Part shown: piece after piece, positions 26,140-38,170 of the stretch
Numbering within the stretch: position 1 is the first letter of the stretch
How the letters are laid out: each line of letters begins with the position of its first letter
DNA from: Gekko japonicus
Taxonomy: Eukaryota
Reading direction: 5' to 3'
Length of the DNA: 64,000 bases
Assembly (NCBI RefSeq): GCF_001447785.1
Contig: NW_015174272.1
Coordinates: 1,094,584 to 1,158,583 of the forward strand
The notes under the pieces: model-generated
The model's database searches: none
The model's input: the letters and a program-made list of their open reading frames with translations, nothing else
What the model was told of the DNA's origin: nothing
Program-made: the position numbers and the translations under genes

Positions 26140-27860
26140 TGCAGTGGCAGAAAATGGGGGGCGGGGGGCGGGACCNNNNNNNNNNNNNNNNNNNNNNNNN
26201 NNNNNNNNNNNNNNNNNNNNNNNNNNNNNNNNNNNNNNNNNNNNNNNNNNNNNNNNNNNNNNNNNNNNNNNNNNNNNNNNNNNNNNNNNNNNNNNNNNNN
26301 NNNNNNNNNNNNNNNNNNNNNNNNNNNNNNNNNNNNNNNNCTCCCAGTCCCTCCCTCCCTCCCTAGTTGCCCGGCCTGGGCCAGCAGGCGCGGACTCTCG
26401 GCACCGCCCCCGGCACCGCCCGCCTGAAGACCTCGCCCGCCCAGCGGACGGAAAGGCCGCCCCCGCCTCTGCGAGAGCTCACTGCTCACACGGGGCGGCG
26501 GCGGCGGCGGCGGCAGCAGAGCCGTCGAGGAGAGTCGCGTCCGCCCCAAAATGGGCTCTTCGCGCACGGCTCCTGGCTTGGAAGTCCGCGCCGTCCAGCG
26601 GGCGGCTAGACAGCCAGAGGCTCTCCCACCGCCTCCTCCGGCTAGGGTGCCCCTCCGAAAGGAAAGCCAGGGGGGTTTAAGGGGCCCTTACTTCCGAGTA
26701 GACGTGCAAAGGATCGGGCTGGATGCTCTAAGCACTCGACAGCGACAAAAGAATGTCTCAGACGGGGACTGACTAACTTTCAGTCCTGCGTGGTCTACTT
26801 TTCCTGGAATCCTTGCTGCCCGCCGGTGGGGGTTTTTTTTTAACATTTAAAAAGCAAGAGTGCGGATGACTTCTTGTGAAGCAGTCCCGCATCTGTACCC
26901 AAACATCATAAGAAGAAGGGCTTTGCTGGATCCCGCCGGGGCCCACCTCTTTCAACCTTCTTTGCAAGACCCCTAACGACTTGGCCCCCTCCCGAACCTG
27001 GGCAGCGGTCTCCCGTCCGGCGGCAGGAAAAGTCCCCGAGTGCGCAATCCTATATGCGCCGCCTTCACAGCTATTGTGTGTGTGTGTGCTTAGAAGGCAG
27101 TCGCGTGTATTTCTATGGGATTTACCTGCAAGAGGGAAATTACGGTAGCCTTACTGGGGAGCAAGCCCTCTCTCTCGAGTCCAATAGGGCTTGTTTTCGA
27201 GTACGCCTGCTTTGTTCGCCGTGTTGACCTTCATGGAGGTACACCCCACTGAATTCGGCGGGACTGGGTTCTGTACACCAGAGCTGCAGACAGACATGTT
27301 TAATTTTGAAGTGATTCACACCGAATCCGACGGGATTTATGACTACCCCAGTAAATGCGGTTACGAATGAGCTGAGGCAGGGCCAAGGAGAGACGGCAGG
27401 ACACTGTCCGCTCAACCCTTCGCCCCCCCGACAGTTCTTCGGCAGGGCTGCAAAGAGCCAAGACGGCGACACAAAGGGAGCCGTTACTCAGCCCTGCCCA
27501 GCCCACTCCTGGGCATCCGGCCTTCGCAGCAAGGAAAGGAGCCGCTGCCCCCAAGTGGCGGAGAACCGGCATCGTAGCAGCCTGGCTGTTTGTTCTCGCT
27601 TTCAGTGGGAGGAGCGGGGGACCGTGCCCAAATTGCAAGCCACGCCCTCTGTCGCGTATTCCCGCCTGGGACACCCACGCAGGAGGTGGCGGAGCTCCAG
27701 GGCGGAGTGCGGGGGTTTGGGAGCATCGCCTTTCTACTTGCCGGGAGGATTTTTTTAAAATTCCAAACTGGAATCTACCTTTTATAGTCTGACGTCCCGG
27801 AAACCGTTGTACCGCATTGGGGCTCTGGAGCACATCCTCCTTCTGCACGTGCCAACCTGA
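26140..27860 (-). promoter_or_regulatory. CpG island, probable FMNL3 promoter/5' end (exon 1 probably hidden in the N gap 26176-26340)
   Basis: CpG-dense with GC boxes and a (GGC)n run at ~26494-26514. FMNL3 is inferred only from the known human order FMNL3(-), TMBIM6(+), NCKAP5L(-); no FMNL3 coding sequence is visible. Confidence 0.55.
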
Positions 27861-28366
27861 GTCCTCTAAAAATACTGTATACCATATCCCTTAAATTACT
27901 ACCGTATAATTAAAAGACGTGACAGCCTAGAATTTTTGCCATCAACCTCACGTTAGCTTTGTGTCCAGGTCCTTTTTTTACACGTTATGTTTTTAGGAGT
28001 ATACTTATGCGACAAATGGGGTTGCCAGACAACAGAAATCAGCTCCCCTGGAGAAAATGGGGGGCGGGGAGGGGGTTGGCAAGTGGAGTCTGTGGCATTA
28101 TACCCTGCAGACTTTCTCTTCCCCAAACCCTGCCCTCCCAAGACTCCACCCCAAATGTCCTGACTCGAAATTTCCCATCACGGAATTGGCAACTCTAGCA
28201 ACAAATGGGTGTAAAACATACATGTCAAGTTTTGCTCATCAGGAAATCCTGACTGGCCTTAGTTCCCAAACTGGAATGCATTCTGTGGCAAGCTCCAGTT
28301 TGCAGGGTTGCTTCATGATGTATGCATTTAATCCTTTTTATTACAACATAACTACTGGTATGCAGC

Positions 28367-29701
28367 TTTTTTTTTTTTTGCTTTTTTAAAATTTTTATTG
28401 CTGTTATTCTAAAACTACAAAGAACTCATAGGATATGGGTACACTGCAAACTACAGGAGACAGAAACCACTAAAAACCAAAGTGGCAAAGGTCGGATAGC
28501 TTACAAATGCTTACATTGATTATTCACTTACAGCGTTGCTTTTTTCTTCGTACGGCTTATCTTAACAATACCATGTTACAAATGAAAATAAAGTAAAATA
28601 CATTTATGCTTTTATCTGGTTGGAGTATATCTAGATTTCTAAAAGTTAATTGAGGCACAGAGTTCGTTCGCGTATTAGGTTTCACTAAAATCATAGTTTC
28701 ATCCGGGGTTTATGATTTTGGGGGCTAATGCCCCTAGTTCTAGTTCAGATTTTTCTTCTGTAGAGCTTTGAAATGATTCTTCGATACTTTCCACAATGCC
28801 TTCTTCGTCAGTAGCAATGTCGTCCTCTGTTGCTCTTTGTTTCTTTTCGATTCTTTGCTGCCTCTCCTTGGATGCCCTTGTTTTTATAATAGAGTCTATT
28901 TTCCTTTTCTGATCCTTGTGTTTGATATGTCCTTTGGTTGTATTCTCTGCTTTATTTGATGTTTCTTGAGGTTGCTTGTAGAAAGAATCAAATTTGTTGT
29001 TCATCATAATCAATTGGTCCAGTAGAGGGCGCAGTGCATTAGCAATCACTGTGGATAAGTCTATGGTTGTTTTTGGTCTTGTGACCTGAGCTGCAAGGCT
29101 AGCACTTCCTGAAGAAGATCCGAGCTTAAATGCCATTTTCCCCACAGACGTCTGGAGAGTTGTTTACGTTTTAATAATTTTTCTTTAAAGTCTCTGTGAG
29201 CTCTTTAAAGATTTGCTTATCAGTCGGATATACTCCATTTTAAGAAATAATGGCTTATTTTCTTGCCCCCTCCTCTTGCTGAGTTTTTAAAAGTTTTTGG
29301 TTATTTCAGGGTGGGAACTCCCCCCCCCCCACGCCGCTTTAATTTTGAGGTTGGGGGCATTTTCTGCTTGTTCGTTTGTATGGCTTAACGATTCATTCAC
29401 TCACGCTTCTTTCCGATCAGGTAAGAGAACCGCTCAACCAACTGCCCACTTGTCCCGGTGTGCGTCCTTAACACCATTGCTGGATCTACGGCGACGAGAC
29501 CTTCGGGGCAAAGAAGCACCTCAATTCCTTGGCATTCCGTCTCCGAAGAGGCACCCCTCGAGCCCCATGGCTAGGAACCCCCTACAAGGGTCCTGGGAGG
29601 GTTCGGATGCATCCTAACCCCTTCCCAGCCGCCGAGTCACAAGCACCCCTCGGAGCTCCAAAGGGACACGTCCTCCATTCAGGTCACCAAAACCGAAAGT
29701 C
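28367..29701 (-). mobile_element. 1.33-kb non-autonomous L1-type retroelement with one short ORF
   Basis: PolyA (T-run from 28367), AATAAA, TSD ACTACTGGTATGCA(G/T)C at 28351 and 29702, CpG-rich 5' region, ORF 28699..29145. Confidence 0.8.
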
Positions 29702-31321
29702 ACTACTGGTATGCATCTTTACCAGTAACTAATTTAAAAGAATTTCATACCATCCATTGGTTCTACACAAATAATTAGGAGAGCAATTATTCAAGTTCAT
29801 GAAAACATCTTACCCAAAAGTAAGTTAATTGTGGTTATATGCTGCTAATGAAGGATTTGTGCCAAAATGCATTGTGTTTTATTTTATTTGGCATTGTGCG
29901 TTATGTAATTTGTACGTGTACATTTATTTCCTATTCTTTGATTTGTTCTTTATTTCCTCATATATTAGGTTTTGTGCACATAATTGGATTGGTTCATTTG
30001 TATATTGTATCTGTGATGGACTGTCAAGAGTTAATGCCTAACAGAGTGTGAGAACCTTGTGAGTGACAAGCTGTTCCAATGGAATTTTTCAAGACATTCA
30101 GTTAAGGAATAACAGTCGAGAACTGACAGTTGAAGAAGAGACAGTTAAGCACTAATTGTGGACTGGGAAGGAGGCAAAAAGAGTGAGAGGATCAGAGAGG
30201 ATCCCCATTCAAGCCAAAAAGGGAAGTTGCTTCTAGTTAAGAGAAGTAATCCCTGCCCAGTGAAAAGGGAGACAGCTCTCAAAAGAGGAGTGATCCCTGT
30301 ATATATAGCAGGATTTTGAGAACTTGGTTGTATGTTCCTGCCTTCTAGACTTTAAGAGTCAGTGAAACTCAGAAACCTATGATTGAATGTTTGAGTAGAA
30401 ACAGAAGAGAAAGCCTCTCTCCTCAAAGTTTTAAAAGACTTTTTTGAATAGCGGAAACACTTACTTGTTGGCAACAAATTATCTGAAATTAGTGTGAGTA
30501 CAGAGATACCTCAATTTTATTATCAGTTCATCTCATACATCCTACTCCTGATTCCACTGACCTTTCTCCTCTCTCTTTTTGCTGGGTATTTCCCTCTTTT
30601 TTGTGAAATGGATAATCTGTTCAGACTCCCATATCTACAAGTTTTCAAAATCACCTTCCAACAATAACCAGCTATCCCACTTGATAAGAGTGGATATTCT
30701 ATTCTTATACATTCAAACAACATACAAAGTTATCTATATTCAAATACCTTCTTAACATATATAAAAACTATATCATTCGGACTACTTTTGATCATTTCAA
30801 ATAATATTTTAAAATGACAATTAGAAGTTTCTCCTACATATGATTTATCTGTTGGCCCTCAACCAATACACCCCATCTTTGAACTATATCTTCACTTCTG
30901 TATTTAGCTGGACTTTTTTGCCATTCTCAAATGCTTCTTGTACCTGGGCTCCAACACATATTATACATTTATTTATTTTACTACATTTGTAGTCTACCAT
31001 GATGACTTGGTTCCCCCCACTGCCACCACAAGGGCACACTCTAGTTCCCCCTGGAGGCATGGTGGCCCAGAGCGGCCACAGCTGCAGCACCCCACCCCAC
31101 TGCAGAGCCGTGGTCCAGTGGTCATGGGATGGACGCCCCATCACAGAGCAAGTTAAGTCCACTGCCCCACGTTCTTCTTTCAAAGATCCCCCTCCCACAT
31201 CCACATCCCCCCACCAGGGGGCCATGGCCACACCCGGACAAGCACGGCAGGCAGTCCCAGGGCAGACAGCAGCACAGCACTTGCCTGATGGGGGGATGCA
31301 GCCAGCCACTGTCCTCTGGGG

Positions 31322-31527
31322 CAATGTTCCCTCTAAGCTGTGGAGTCTTGTGAGCAAAAATTCTGCTTTGTGAGCTACCGGCATGAAAGTTGTGAGTGAG
31401 CCATTTGGTTATGGCGTAAATGAGTTTGCTCTGGAGCCCTCCTTCCTGAGCTAAGACAAAAAGGTGTGAGCCGGAGGCTAGAAAACTGTGAGGTAGCTCA
31501 CACTCACTCAGCTTAGAGGGAGCACTG
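31322..31527 (+). mobile_element. hAT MITE family A
   Basis: TIRs; TSD CTCTGGGG. Confidence 0.92.
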
Positions 31528-32945
31528 CTCTGGGGGGCACCACCCTAAGACCCACCCACCACTGAGGGCAGCTCCAACAGAGCCCAGGAGTGACCACCAG
31601 TGTATACAACCCTGTACCCACAGAGCATTATTCTGCCTTCCCCAGAGACCCACCTGCCCCCTGGGCGGCCAACCTCTAGGCTGAAGAGCTCCTGGAAGCA
31701 GAACCACCAATTAGACAGCAGAGACCATCTACCATGACCTCACATCCCCTGGCCCCGCCCCCAAGCCTCCTAGACTGTCACAAGCCACCTGCCCTGAGAT
31801 CATGTGGGCGGGCAGGAGTTGGTGCTTGCTGCACATCCCCATACCACTATTGATCCTTTTCTTTCTCAAACTGGGATCCCTCTGGTAATCCATCCGTGTG
31901 CCACTCAGCAGCTGGTGTCCAGAACCATCTGTGGCAGTGGTAGGACTGGCACAGCCTTCCCTGGAGGGCCCCCCCACCCAGCCTCGGGGCTAACAACCCT
32001 ACTACATGGGCACTGCCCCCAGGGGGTGCTAAGTCTGGGAGGTGGAGAAGACGGCCCACACCACCACAGAGTCAAAGCAGTGCACAAGCGTGAAGAAGCA
32101 ATAAACTTTACTCGGAACAAATAACAACAACAAAACTAGCAACAGTAAACTCATACAGGCACAACCACACTGGGAGGGGGACAGTCCTGAGAAGGAAGGG
32201 CCCTAGCCCCACAGGCGCCCAGCACTGCTGAGGGTATGCCCGCAGCCCCCCTTAATCTAACAGTGCCCCCAGGACATTCAACAGCTGGCCCATGACCTCA
32301 GAAAACTGCTTCAGGTGCCCCTGGACATCCCGCGGGCTGTGGGCCAGCCGCCACATGGCATGCCTGCAATGACGGCCAGCAGGCTGCACCAGTGGTGCTC
32401 CACATCTGCCTCCTTCTCCAGGCACCGCAGGATGGTCACCACCTGGCCCAAACAGCCTTCATTCAGTGCTGGGTGGCCATAAGCGACAGCCCTGTGGAAA
32501 AGAACGGGGGAATGAGCCGAAACAGACCACTGTTTGTGAGGGCTTGGGGCTTCTGGGGAGCCAGAGGCATCTCATCCAGACCCAGGAGGCCCATCAGCTC
32601 CAGGTCTGGGACTTGATGCCCTCCATGGATCTGCTGTCAGTCATGGCTGAGGAAGAGCTGATTGAAATCATAGGCCCCTCCCCCGACACCAGCCCACTAA
32701 GCTCCTGATGGACCCCTTGGACTCTGCTTCAGCCTCAGCCCTCGGCTTGCTGTCTATGGATGCCAGTCCATCATTGCTGTGCGGCATGGGTCCTGCGGGT
32801 GTGGCTATATGGGACAGGGGCCCCAGGGGGACACGCAGACCACATGAGGCAACAGCATCCTTGACATGGGGACGCCCTTATCTACTCACCTCCCAGACAC
32901 AGTACCATGGGCTGGTGTGGTATGGGCTAGGGCACCATTGAGGGA

Positions 32946-33910
32946 CTACCTCTGCTTCCATATGTGTTCCCAGACCTGCACCCACTCAGCAATGTCCTGG
33001 ACCATCTGGCCAACTGTTGCCAACTCTGGTGGTCCGTCCCCTGTGTCCCTGGGCCAGAAGTTCTCCCCCTCTCCAGTTGTTGAGTGGCCATGTTGTAGAG
33101 CATGGCACATATGACAAACAGCTTGCCAACACTCAGGGCCTGCTTGACCCTGCGGCCCCCTAGTGTGGTGTAGGCAACTGAAGTCCACTTTCATCCTGGT
33201 TGTAGGTGGTCTGGTCCGCTGGCTTGTCCCTGGCATACAGTGTGAGCAGGCTGGGAGCAGAGAGTAGTCCTGATCAACTGTGGTGGAGAAAAGGACAGCC
33301 ATTTCCTCACCCCCCGCAGGGGAACTTACCCAACACCCATCCCTTGCTGTTCAGCCAGGCGGCCAACAGGTGGTTGGGACTGGACATCATGAAGATCTGT
33401 GCATCATGCATTCTCCCTGGGAAGCTGACCATAAAGTCCATGAAGATGCACTTGTGGTCACAACTGGCTTGCACATTCAAGCTGTACAAATGGTGTGAGT
33501 TGATAAAGACCTGTAGCTTGTCCCTGGGGTGATGAGCAAGATGTGGGTGCAGTCCACAGCCTCCCACGATGTTCAGGAAGTCCACAAATGCAGAGAGCCC
33601 AGCACAGATGAGGGTCAACTCCAATACGTCTGTGGGGAAGTGCACATCCTCCTGCAGGTGCAGCAGCATGGCATCCAGGAAGCTATGGAGGCAGCAGCTC
33701 ACCAAGGACTGGGACACTTTCAGCACCTTGACCACTACTGCCTGGAATAAGCCTGTGGCAAGGAAACAGGAACAGCTGCACCTTTCACAGGATCAGAGAT
33801 GGGCCTGAGGGCAAGCGCCTGACCCTGCAGCAATGACCCAAGCTCCTAACAAAGGGCTTGGTTGGCCACCCTGTCCAGGTGGAACTGCTCCAAGTAGGTG
33901 GAGTCCACAA
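32946..33910 (-). pseudogene. Fossil PIF/Harbinger DDE transposase (HARBI1-like)
   Basis: FHLDRV..LC.EL, FLATGLFQ...VSQSLVS, FINSHHLYSLNVQASCDH..FMD....FPGRMHDAQIF, GWVLG, then an apparent short GT-AG intron, DQDYSLLP, YN, CAMLYNMA; disrupted by stops and frameshifts. Confidence 0.85.
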
Positions 33911-34516
33911 GCAGCACGGTGCTGACGCAGTCTCGGTAGTACTCAGCACAGCACCCCGGCAGCATTACTGTGCCAGCCACACAAATAGCATGGTCAGGAG
34001 ATGAGTCAGACAGAACCCAGGCTGGGCATTGGATGGAAAGGCCACCATCCTGCTGTATGTCGTCTGGTAGCTGAGGAGAGGAGGGGCTGGTTAGGAGAAT
34101 GGATTGAGTGGGGAGGCCTCCTGTTATGCCTAGACCCCTCCTCTCTCGGAAGGATGAGTCTGGTATGTAGGAAAAGGTGACACAGGCAACCTTCTTTCTC
34201 AGCATCTCACAGGTTCACTCACTGTACTCTTCCCTGGTCTGAAAACAGGATCAAATTAGGTCCTACAGCCACATGGAATGTGTGCCATCAAATATTGACC
34301 AGAGGCTTGTCTGGGAACACTGATCCTAAAGGTGGATTGTGACAGGGAATGTTTCTGGCAGCTCCCTTCCCTCTTTAAATCACTCCCTACACACTGGTAA
34401 TCATGGACAGCAGCCCCCTGCAGCTCAGGCCCAATCTCCTAATGCTGTCCCCAGGGGGTGCCCGGAAGGCACCCCATAGCTGCCCCATGTCTATCTTGTG
34501 GCTGGCAGGAGGTACA

Positions 34517-34800
34517 CCAGTTTGGTGTAGTGGTTAAGTGTGTGGACTCTAATCTGGGAGAACCGGGTTTGATTCCCCACTCCTCCACTTGCAGCTACTG
34601 ATGTGACCTTGGGTCAGTCACAAGCTCTGGCACAGCTGTCCTTGAAAAAGAGCAGTTTGTGTCAGAGTTCTCTCAGCCCCACCCACCTCACAGGGTGTCT
34701 GTTGTGGGGAGGGGAAGGGGAAGGAGTTTGTAAGCCGCTCTGAGACTCCCAAGTGAAGGGCGGGGTATAAATCCAATCTCTCTCTTCTTCTTCTTCTTCC
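34517..34800 (+). mobile_element. Squam3-like SINE
   Basis: Same head and (CTT)n tail. Confidence 0.88.
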
Positions 34801-35079
34801 TCTGTCCAGAGGTTCCTATGGTGCCTGCATTCCTTTGCAGCATGGTGGCTGTGGCGGCTATGGGGCGAGAGAAGGGGGAAAGCTCTGAGGCCACTGCCTT
34901 CTGGTCTGATGAAGATCCAATCCCTCACTTCGGCTCTCCTGTAGACTCTTTATACCCCAACCACCCACAATCAAAGAAAAACGGGGACAAACTTTAAAAT
35001 AAAGATTCGTAGCGTGTAAACGATGTGCTCCCTAAATGTCTCTTATTTGCAAACCTGCTAGACTAAGGTTGTACTTACA

Positions 35080-35642
35080 TGTGAGGTAAACAGAGACCCC
35101 TGCTTCTTAGGTTTTTGACTTGACAGACAAGACAGAGATGGAGAGGAACAACTAAGGTTTACTTAACAGAAAATAAAGTATTTATTAAGGTAAATATGAT
35201 GTGTGGATAACTTAGATATATAAAGTAAAGCTGACTCTCAAATAAAATAAATAACCCCTGAGGGGAGACTTGATTCACCTTTCTCTGGGCAGGGTACCTC
35301 AACAGGGTCAAGACTGCTCTTTTCGCTCACAGAGCACCTTAGCACAGAACCTACACACACCAGTTAGGAATGATGGGCCCGTAACAGGATGCTTATTTGT
35401 CACACTAAAATAGGCTTTCTTCCCTACAAAAACACCACCCCAAACCCTAACTAAAAAGCTAAATAAAAGCCTGGTTAAGCTGACGCTCTTTCCCAGAGCC
35501 ATGAAATCCCTGTCCAGAAGTTTAAAAAAAGGTTTCTTCTAACTTCTAAAGCTGAGGTTGGCTCACCCCCTCCCATCCAGTGGAATTCCATGGGCTCTGA
35601 TTGGCTGACAGTCACTTGGACTAACATGAAGCCTAAATCACA
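35080..35642 (-). mobile_element. LTR-like segment
   Basis: TGTGA...TCACA ends, AT-rich, AATAAA and CCAAT on the - strand; no TSD found. Confidence 0.35.
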
Positions 35643-35708
35643 AGGATTGGTTCAGAGCCCTGGAGGAGAGGCGGGACTTTTAAGGATGCTTGCCATGATG
35701 CCCTGGCT

Positions 35709-36422
35709 ATGCTGAAACCAGCAGGCAGCAATCCCCATGGGCAGCCCAACTGGACTGAGGTGGAAAAGCTCCCGCATTATGGGCGGGTGCTGGAGCATGC
35801 CAGTGTGACACTCACTACCACCAGAGACAGCTCCGTGAGTGCTCGCCTGAATGCCTTCTGGCACATGGGGGAGGAGCAAGTCTCTGCCCTGGGCCAGGCT
35901 GCCTGCCCTGAAGCAGTGAAAGTATTCCTTTGGGTTGACTTGGAGGCAAGTGTGGGCCTCATGGCCCTACAAGCAGGCAGTGCTGGAAGATCTGCTGAGG
36001 CCATACTGCATGCGGTGATCCCTCCTGTCACAGTGTTGAAGTCCTGTCTAGCAGGTATGTGGCCTTGCAGCCATGCTCCACCATTAGAGTAGCAGCAGGG
36101 GTTGCCCCCCCCCCATTGTCCGCTCAAACCTGCCTTTCCCTCTACAGGTGACTCAGTCAGTGTGGTGCATATCAGCTTGGGGATTGTGGGCCTGGGTGTG
36201 AGCCCAGAGGACAAGGACACCAGTGCTGTTGTGGGCCCATCAACTGCCCTGGTTGATCCTTCCAGGGGGGAACTGGCAGGCCACACCCCTGCCACAGTGG
36301 CGAGCCATGAGGAGATGAAGGTCAGTGATGGGGCAGCCATCTCCACTGCGATGGCAACAGGGGCGGATGGCAACAGAAGTGAGGTGGTTGTGGACACGGG
36401 GCATGATGCAGACCAATCTTAA
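35709..36422 (+). pseudogene. Fossil Harbinger Myb/SANT (trihelix)-like second gene
   Basis: QPNWTEVEK...AFW...EQVSALG...EAVK..W.DL resembles the three-aromatic Myb-like domain; cag|gtatgt (~36054) and ctctacag| (~36148) look like an intron; low-complexity tail. Confidence 0.6.
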
Positions 36423-37159
36423 GACCAATGAGTTGTTCTCTGTTGCCTCCCAGCCTCTGTCGCCCTGACCTTCTCTGCCCGAGTTGTGGAGCATCTTCAC
36501 ACCCTTGAACATTGAGGAGTCCCTAGGGCAAGCAGCTGTGGATGAAGTATTGCAGATGGTGGGCTCCAAATCCCAAGAGGGGAGGGTTGGGTAGCCTCAG
36601 GGGAGACTAGCAGGATGGCTATGCACCCTGGCCCAGATGCTGCAGCTGGTACAAACCCCAGTGCGGCTGGGAACTCAGAGGTGCTGCCTTTTGCCCTCCG
36701 TGTGCCGCTTTCCTGGGGGTTGGTCCTTTTGCACGACACCCCGGCCGGCTTACTTCTGGGTGGACTTGCATAGAATTGCTCCTGGTGTGCATGGGAGTGC
36801 AGGTCTCCTTTCCCCTTTTTTGTGCTGCTGCCTCCATTCTGTTGGGCAGAGGCCTGTGCCTTTCAGGGTGTGCCCAGGGGGGGCCCTGCCCCCACTCCTG
36901 TTTACTCTCTGCTCCCACGTCCCTCTAGCTTCCACCTTGTGTTTTGTTGGTTCCCCCTGTTCATCACGGCTGCCCCGTGACATCTGGTAGGTGCAGCAAG
37001 GACGCCGCATCAGCTTCTGCCCAATCCTCGAACTGTTCGGCATCCCTTTCCAAAACAGGCCAGAAGCACTACAGTGGCATCGGCAGCCTCCGTACTTCAC
37101 AGGAGAAGCACCGTCCAAGTACACTACCTACAGTGAGCAGCATTCACCAGTAGGTGGCA

Positions 37160-38170
37160 GTGCAGGCCAGGACGCATCGGCGCGGGGGGGCCCTCACTCA
37201 ATTAGGCTCTGCTAAATACCCTCCCCACCCCCCACATACGCGGTGCACATCGCACTCCTTCCAGGAGGAGGTCGCGTGCAGCTTCTGACAAATTGGAGCC
37301 GAGGGAGTGTACTAATCCATCTAGGACGCTGCCTATTGGCCGGACGTCGGGAGCCAATCAACGTCCACCTCCTCCCTTCAGCCGTCCTTTGTTTGCCGTT
37401 CTTCTGAGCGAAGCCAATGGCATCTACTAGGGCGCGGCCGGGTGACCAATAGAAAAGACAAAATGGTTCCCCCTTCCTCGCCATCTGGGGATGGAAGAAC
37501 CGAGCGAGGACAGAGAACCAATAAGAGGCTTAGGCGGGACCTTGCGGTGCAGTGAACCAATAGGACTGGGAGAGAGGGGATAAGGGCTGGAGGGGGCGGA
37601 GGCGGATAGAGGAGTGTCGGCGGACATAGACACCCACGGCTTGGTCGGGAACGCCTGTGTCAGTTGGGAGCTGCGACGGGGAGCTTAGCGGAAGCAGGTG
37701 AGACTCGCGGGACCCGCTGTTGGCTTCCAAGGCCCCCTTCCAGTTCGGTCTTCCTAGCAATCCTGGGTCAGCCTGTCCGCTGAAATCGCGTCCTCCGCCC
37801 TCTCTTCGGTGGCGGCCGCACCTCCCTGTGCTCGTCTCTGTGTATCCCTCCGCCTGCCCCTCCCCCTTCGGAATCCCTCTCTGCGTCGGCAGCTCTCAAA
37901 ATGGATTCTCCTGGTCGGGCTCCGTCTGTCACTCTTTAGTGTGGGCGTCGTGAGAAGCTACGTCATCGACATTCCCAGACCCTTCCCTCTTTTCCCTCCC
38001 CTTCCCCCCCGGTGGCTGGGAATTTTCCTCTGTCGCTGTGAGCAGAAGCCGTACTGGGCCACCTTCTACAAATCTGGGTCCCGGGGCTTTGCTGCAAGAC
38101 CCTCGGGCCTGCCTTCCCACGTGACGCCGTGTTCCTGCCTGTGGGTTTGCTGACTTGGTGACGGAAGCTT
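37160..38170 (+). promoter_or_regulatory. CpG-island promoter of TMBIM6
   Basis: High CpG density; CCAAT/ATTGG at 37292, 37335, 37354, 37414, 37446, 37518 and 37557; GC boxes (e.g. ggggcgga ~37592). Confidence 0.85.
37620..37697 (+). other. TMBIM6: TMBIM6 non-coding exon 1 (start approximate)
   Basis: Strong donor GAAGCAG|GTGAGA at 37697/37698 inside the CpG island, just downstream of a CCAAT cluster; mammalian TMBIM6 has a non-coding first exon. Confidence 0.65.

Noticed and set aside
26025-26680. Long ORFs spanning N runs (also 59301-60139)
   Set aside because: Open only because Ns contain no stops and the flanks are GC-rich
30012-30870. Possible solo LTR starting TGTGATGG
   Set aside because: No 3' end or TSD could be defined
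35777-36397. 206-aa - strand ORF
   Set aside because: Antisense shadow of the GC-rich Myb-like relic; low complexity with no recognisable domain
37354-37372. Possible ERSE in the TMBIM6 promoter
   Set aside because: CCAAT-N9 is followed by CCTCC, not CCACG
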